DNA of 64,000 bases, taken from NCBI GenBank assembly GCA_037447605.1, contig CM074804.1, positions 6,177,909-6,241,908 of the forward strand. The letters run 5' to 3'. The notes beneath the pieces were generated by a model that was not told the origin of the DNA, ran no database searches, and was given only the letters and a program-made list of their open reading frames with translations. The translations under genes and the position numbers were made by a program. The number at the start of each line of letters is the position of its first letter. Positions within the stretch are counted from its first letter, which is position 1. Positions 57,501 through 64,000 of this stretch are shown here, piece after piece. This DNA is from Zygnema circumcarinatum SAG 698-1b. Its lineage: Eukaryota; Plantae; Zygnematophyceae.

Positions 57501-60500
57501 AAGGGAGCTGAGCCGCGTGCAGCTTAATTTGCTGCCACGTGCGCAGGAGCTACTGAGCGTGTCCCAGTTGCTGCTGTGGCTCTGTGAAACAAGGACGATG
57601 CCCTCTTCGGATGACTACATGCCTGACCTTTCTTCCCTTGGAATTGGTGAGACCAGCTACTTATGAGTTAAACATAGTAAACACTTGGGTCCTTGGTTGT
57701 TGATACGACAAGTTTTTGGTTGTGTAGCGTGGGTTCCCCCGAGTCAACTTACTACCACTCAGTCATAGTCACGGTCGTTGTGTTCCTGTCTGTCAGCCAG
57801 CAACTTTTTAGGGGCAGCTGTATAATCTTTGCAATACTGGCAGCGTCTACTTTAGCTAGCCGCTTCACTTGGACTGCGATAAATTGTAATAGTTCGTGTT
57901 GGGTGGGACTTCCTCGCAACCTTCAGATGGAGAAACACGCGATCCTTCTAGTGGAAAAATGGAGGGGAAGTTTCTTGCTGAGTTAGTTCTCCCACAAATT
58001 ATTTCTCAGCTTGAGCACCGAGAAACTCCCTCATTTGCAAGGCTGGCCCAAGCAGCCAATCTGGTTGGCAGCTACTTGCGTTGGGGCAAGCCTCCTGCAA
58101 CGGGCAACCTTCCACCGTTATCGAGACGGGCGATCGTGTGGGCCGATGAGCTGAGGAACCAAGGCCAATTCGCACATGTTGAGGTGCAAACCCCGGACCC
58201 GAGTACCAGAGTCTGAACTCGTAGACAAGATTTCATGAATGCTGTGAGAGAGACAAAAATCTGCACTGACCTCCTCTTGGGATGTGATGATGCAGACACT
58301 TTTGTCAAATGTGGAGAAGCTGGCAGATACACAGCACTCATGGCAGCCGAAATACAGTGGAGAGTGGGTCTCTATCCAGACTGCAAGGGCTGTTGCGAGC
58401 CTGATGGCGAGTAAAGAGGCTTCTTCTAGTGGAGAACGAGAGCACTTGACAGCTTGTTCCATAAGCTACTTTTTCAGGCAAGCCGTGTTCTGCTCAAATG
58501 CCTTGCTAAACTGCTTCTCCAATGCAGGAGGGTTGAGAATTGTGATTTTTCACCGTAAGATTTACAAAGGCTGGAAGTTGGCGAGGCTGCAGAGCGGCTG
58601 CTGGCGTGGGATGTGGAGGAGAGGTGGATTATTTTCTGGATCTTGGAGTCGCGACTCCTCTTTTGACAGGCATGCTTATCCTGCTTATGCTGCTTATCTT
58701 CGCCCTTGCCTTGCCTTGCATCTTTACCGTTAGGGCTGGCCATGGAGCAGTTTTTCAGAAAACCGATATTGCTGCGGTGATGAAATCTGTAACTATCGCA
58801 GTCTGCATTAATGCAGGGGAAAAAGAAGATACAATCTGAAAGGTAGTCATATTAGTTAATTAAGGATAGAATTGATGACTTCAATACAACCCCCCCCCAC
58901 CCCATCATTCAGTCGCTGGGGGTCATTCAGGCGGTTTCTGTGTTCCTGCAGTTGTTGAAAGAAATCGACTGCTTCTGTAACATTGCGATTAATAGTCAAT
59001 ATCTGATTATTGGGTATAATAATAATTATACTCAATAATTATTCCTGCCCTGATGATTATGCATAGCAATGTAAAACAACATTTTTTTTCATTTGCGACT
59101 ATTATGGAAGACGGTTTCCCGACTGAGTGCTCATCTTTTTATTTTTTTTTGTTAAATTGTGTGGATCTAGTCACTGTCGTGACAAGAAATGGTGAGCCTT
59201 GGAAAGCACTTAGAAATGTCAGGAGAATGTGCATAGTTGGGAGAGCCATCAGCCCACTTGACTAGCCTCTACCAGGCCTCTTCATGTTGACCTTGTTATT
59301 TCACCTATTATATCGCAGCTAGCTTCACCTTGCCGGAACACAAAATTTTGAAGGATTCCTGTTCGTTTTCTGGGAAAGCTGGAAGCAGATGCAGCATCTC
59401 AGAGAAGCCGGGATCGCCTGCACTACTTCAACTTTGTAATGGAATGCTTCAGTCAAGCTGAGCGCGTTGATGCGGTCGGACAATTTGCTTATGCGGCATT
59501 GCAGGAGCTTAAGCAGCTCACCTTGGATTCTGATGCATCAACCGAACAGGGCCAGTTGTGGGACAGAATTTGTAACTCTGCCCTACAAGGTTTACGTTAT
59601 GAGGAGGCCTTTTATGCTATTAAGTCAAATCCAGACCAAAGCTCACATCGTCAATGTCTCAGACAGTTTGTGGGAGCCCTTTGTGACAATGGAAAATTGC
59701 AGGTAAAACATCTATTCATCTATTGTCTGCATCTCAGCTTTCTTATTGAGATGCTGCCGGTAGCAATCCGTATTCTGTAGAACATAGATTACCGGACTCA
59801 CCTGGATGCATGAAGATTTAGTGTGTCTGAATTCCTCATGCATCGTAGATGGTGGACGGAATTGAATTGAATAGAATTGGGTTGAGTTTTACCTTGAGTC
59901 TAATAGATGCACTCAAAGCAGGCAAGAGTCAGCAGGTGTCCCGTCTTGTTTCACAGAAGGCCGTGCAGACCTATGGGTGCGCATATTGCATGTCGGTTGA
60001 GCTAGATATGCATGCATGCAAGCAGCTTACCCACAATGGGTCTCCCCAGCCTGTTGAACTGGCGCAATAAATGTCAAACTATCTCTTTACCATTCTGACA
60101 GCCGGTGCTTTATTCCAATAGCCCCCCTAAAGCATGTACATATGTGCAATTATTCCGTCTGACCCTGTTGCCTTGCCTTACAGCAGCAGGATGCCTTACA
60201 TCATTCCCTTATTTGCACAATTAGTTTCTCGGAAGTCTTCACATTTCTCACAAGCTACAAAAGCTAAGCGTCATAGGAAGGTTTTCGGTTGTTCTCCCTC
60301 CATGTACTGTCTTCTCTAAGCTATTCAACTTTTTTTCTTCATGTGAAAGCAGCTTCTGTGTGGTTTCGAACTGCCGTTTGGAAACCTCTCGAAGATAGTT
60401 GCAGACGAGCTTACTGAGAAGGTAACTATTTTGACTTGGGGCATGCCTTAATTTAATTGAATGCCTCTCTGTATTGTTGCGCTGTTGGAGTGCGCGTATT

Positions 60501-62903
60501 TTTTATCATTCTGACTGCTTGTAGTCTACAACCTTATTGAAACTCAACACATGGTTGTTTCCCAGTAAACAGCAGTAGCAGAAACAGAGATTTGACTCGC
60601 ATTCCGCATGAGGACTTGCAGGCAGAGCAATCAGATGTGAACGCCCAACCGAACCTCTACCGAGTGCTTTATGCTTTCCATACTCAGCGCCACAACTGGC
60701 GGTGTGCAGCACATTCCATGTATCGCTTTGCGCACCGTCTGAAGAATGAAGCGAGCGGCCTGGACGCATTGCGCAGGCGCGACCGCAGCCTGGGAGTGGC
60801 GCTCACAGCGCTTCAGCTTCTGCCCGCGGAGGACGCTTGGCTGTCATTGGAAGCATCTGCTGGCAGTGGCAAGTCTCTGGGTTTGCCCTCTCCAACGAAG
60901 CGTTTACGCGTTTCTGGAGCTTGTGAGCTTCTACCTTTTCGTTTATACTAGTAGTGACAAGCACCATTTGTATTAATGCTGAGCATATTTTCCATAAGAC
61001 CACGGCATTTGAGATAACCGTCTTTTGTGGAGTGTATATCAAGCGGTATACCTCAACGATTTGAGACAGTTTGCGTCAGCAGATTGCCAGTGTCAGGTGG
61101 TTCAACCGTGTTTCAACCGATTTTCGATCTCCAAGACGTACCAGCGACTGTTTGCGCTCGTTATTTTAGCATTATGATGATTGCGGAGAAGTGGGGTTGC
61201 AGCTGTTGGACCTACGAGGGTAAGCTGCGCTGACGTGATGAAGGAAAAGGCCCTCACCTCAGCCCTGCTGCAGTTAGCTTCATTGAAGCCCGGCGAATCC
61301 CCTCCTAGTGAGCTTCTCCTCCTTAAGGCCGCCTGTTGCTGCTTATGTGGACACACTGCGCTTTGTTGTAACATGGCATGGAGGGCGTTGACTGGAACAG
61401 ATGCGTGGATGACACCGGAGGAGGCACTGAACGAGCTGCTGCAAGCGGGTCTCTTTCCAACCGCCCTTTCTCTTGCATCCCTGATGTGGACTGGATCTGC
61501 ACTGCAAAGGTGAAACTCTCTTCCTGGCACCGTTTCCCGTGCAATTTTCCTGATGATGCCTTTGTTAAAAGGGAAGTTTCATTGATGTGCTGTTTGCAGC
61601 CAATTGGAGAAGATATTTGCAACCATGGCAATGGCCTGCTGCAACGTGCAAAGGGAAGAAGCAAGCAGTAGCAGCGGCCCTTCAAAGTAGGTTTTGTATT
61701 TCCTACTTCACTCCCTGTCTGATGAGCACTTGACACCGCAATGTATCCTGTCAAATGTGCAATCCACTCAGCTTCAGTACTCCATGCTTTGATGCTGCAG
61801 CTTGCCAAAGACGCACTCTTTTTCAGGCATGGGTTTGCTTATGTTGGCCAGATTGCTGGAGCCGACTGCGGATATCCGGGGACAGACATCAGTTGCATGG
61901 CAGCAGCTGCGGAAATATCTCGTATGACACCACTACTCTTAATAATATACTAAACTCGGTATTTTTGCATACCTGGAAGAACATTCTCATCGGCAAATTA
62001 TGAAGCTGGTGCCGACAAGTTTTCTGATGACGATGTCCACCCATACACACTGACTTGTAGGGCATGAATTGAACCGGTTCCTGATTGACAGGAGATTCAC
62101 GCGAGAACACATCTACAACTGCAGCAAGTGGTTGCCTCCACCATTCTCGCGGTTGATTCGAGAATCCAGTTGCCTCAGTGGCTCGTGGCAATGTTCAAGG
62201 TATAGTATCTTCCTTTGAGTTCCTCCGTGCTAACCTGATTGCTGTGCACGTGAAGCAACAAAATGTAATAAGCGTGGTCATGGCTTGGCAGGATGGGCCG
62301 ATTGGGGGCGACGTTGCCGCTCTTCTGCGCATTTTCCTCAATGCAAACTTGCTGGTGGAGGCGGCCACACTGGCCGTGCAGCATCTGCAATCATCCGCTA
62401 GCCAGGTGCGCCTTCTCCACTGGTTCATCGTCGGAAACTGATACTAGCCTGACTTGTATAGTAACTCGGGAATGTTTCACATGCGATTCTGCCCGGGTTT
62501 TGACTTCTATTGTAGTTGGCTTTGCCAGGGTGCCTCAATGGGGCTGACGGAAGTACAAAAGCGGAAGGCATTGGGCTGTGTCTGGATGCCATACAAGCAA
62601 TTGGACCTGTTGCGCTCTCAGTTAACAGAGGCCATTCACACTCGATCTCATGAGTTCCCGGGCACTGATCTTCAGGCACTCCAAGATGAACTTGAAGAGG
62701 CTCTAAACGAGCACTTGCAGCAGGTATTGGTCTATGCTAAGTCATTGCTTCTCTTGAACGTCGACTTCCATTCCACCATGTTGCCGCTGCATTCCACCGA
62801 CTTCTGGCAATGTTTTCATTGCTTGCAGGTTAAGTTTCACTCTGATGATTTGAAGGCCTTAGGAGGAGACCTGGAGAACTTTGAAATTTCACCATCGCAG
62901 TGA
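51533..62903 (+). CDS. NUP160: Nucleoporin NUP160 (Y-complex), more than 20 exons; inner boundaries approximate
   Basis: MEVP..., GLLRVWD (beta-propeller), FFR|AAAG, LHYFNFVMECF...QFAYAALQE, YEEAFYAI, RQCLRQFVGALCDNG, PNLYRVLYAFHTQRHNWRCAAHSMYRFAHRL, IQLPQWLVAMFK, AALLRIFL, WMPYKQLD. These follow the order I recall for plant NUP160. TGA at 62901-62903. Confidence 0.9.
52022..52108 (+). repeat. (AAG)n-rich microsatellite in NUP160 intron 1
   Basis: agaagaagaag/agtaaga runs read directly. Confidence 0.9.
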
Positions 62904-64000
62904 CACTAAGGCAGCATAACAAATACAGTATGCGGGGAAGAAGTTCATGTGGCAATCCATTCCTGTTGGTCGAGCATTGAGGCAGCATGTACATCGACAA
63001 TAAACGGCTGAACCTCAGAAATCAAAGCAGGTGCACTGCTCCAGGTTTTGTAGCTTTTGGATGTAGGAAGGGTCAATCAATTTTGCAGAATGTGCGGGGT
63101 TCTCAGCTCACGATATGCACATGAGAGTTTTCGCCAGTTTGTTGAACTAGTGTGCTTCGAGTAGTGGGCCTCGTTGCGGCGCAGGCTGCCCTTATCGCTC
63201 AGGCTCAGAAGCTGCTAAGCTTGGAAGGGCTCGGTTACCAATTTTCATTTTGTTCAACTGCAATAAATGTGAAAGGCAGGGCGACAGATTAGAGTGCGAT
63301 TTGAGAGTGGCTTAGTGGCTCCACGTGCAACTGCTGCCCCCCGCCTTGGCCCGCCGCATACAGCCGGCCCCCCTCTTTGCCAAAGGCCGACTCCTGCCCT
63401 TTGGAAGTTGACCGACTGCAGCCATGGACGAGCACCCATCGCTCTCTCTCCCAGGCAGGGCTGCCATCCTTTCTGCCGACAGTTCAGGAATCGCTGTTGT
63501 GTGTGGAACGTTTCAAATTTCCTACATGGACGGTCCTCGAGAAATATTCAATGCGTTTGTACATGGGGAGCTTGCCCGTGTTCGAAATTAGATCTATTTC
63601 ACACGTCTTCTCGAATTATACCACCAGGGGATTCACCATGAGCAGCAGTTTTGTGCAGTGCGAGTAGAGCCATACACATACCGCCGTGCCGTGCCGTGCA
63701 TGCCTCCATGGTGGTGATGGCAACTTAAGTCGATTAGGCTTGGGCCATTTCAGCGTGGTTAGGAAGAACGTTGACTTGGTTAGTAACTTACCAACTAGAA
63801 AATCACCAACCAGAGGTCCTGTCCACACAAATGCAAGCCGGACGAGTTACTCACTGCAATGTATGATGTGATGTGAAAAAAAAGAAAAAAAAAAACTCCC
63901 CGCATGAGCGTTAACTAATAACACTAACCAGACAGAATTGCAAACCAAAAAAAAAAAAAGGGAAAGACCATACATAAGTTCTATACTAGGTACAAACAGG

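Noticed and set aside
63254-63871. Short ORFs at the window end
   Set aside because: There is no recognisable homology or consistent splice pattern.

Overview
Eukaryotic, intron-rich, gene-dense nuclear DNA from a non-angiosperm green plant. The plastid-targeted flavodiiron gene excludes flowering plants; a streptophyte alga is my inference, and the species cannot be determined here. The window holds nine spliced genes: the 3' end of a kinesin-14, a TBL O-acetyltransferase, a GT34/MNN10-like glycosyltransferase, an R2R3-MYB, NEMF/RQC2, FLVB, a GPI-type A1 aspartic protease, a FYRN/FYRC protein and NUP160. Mobile DNA comprises one intact, very young Ty1/copia element (384-bp LTRs differing at 1 base, 5-bp TSD CACCC), two non-autonomous hAT-type MITEs with 8-bp TSDs (one containing a tRNA-like cassette) and a fragment of one MITE family. 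The most striking unexplained structure is a shared promoter layout: clusters of CCGTAC(G/A), the SBP/SPL-type site, about 100-400 bp upstream of most start codons, followed by a G-rich (GGGA/GGCAG)n leader. The same motif is clustered in the copia LTR and in a MITE upstream of the MYB. Other oddities are an apparent excess of GC-AG introns, an internal NEMF exon with about 95% GC3, and two tight head-to-head gene pairs. There is no CRISPR array or prokaryotic system. Exon boundaries were read by eye and some are approximate.
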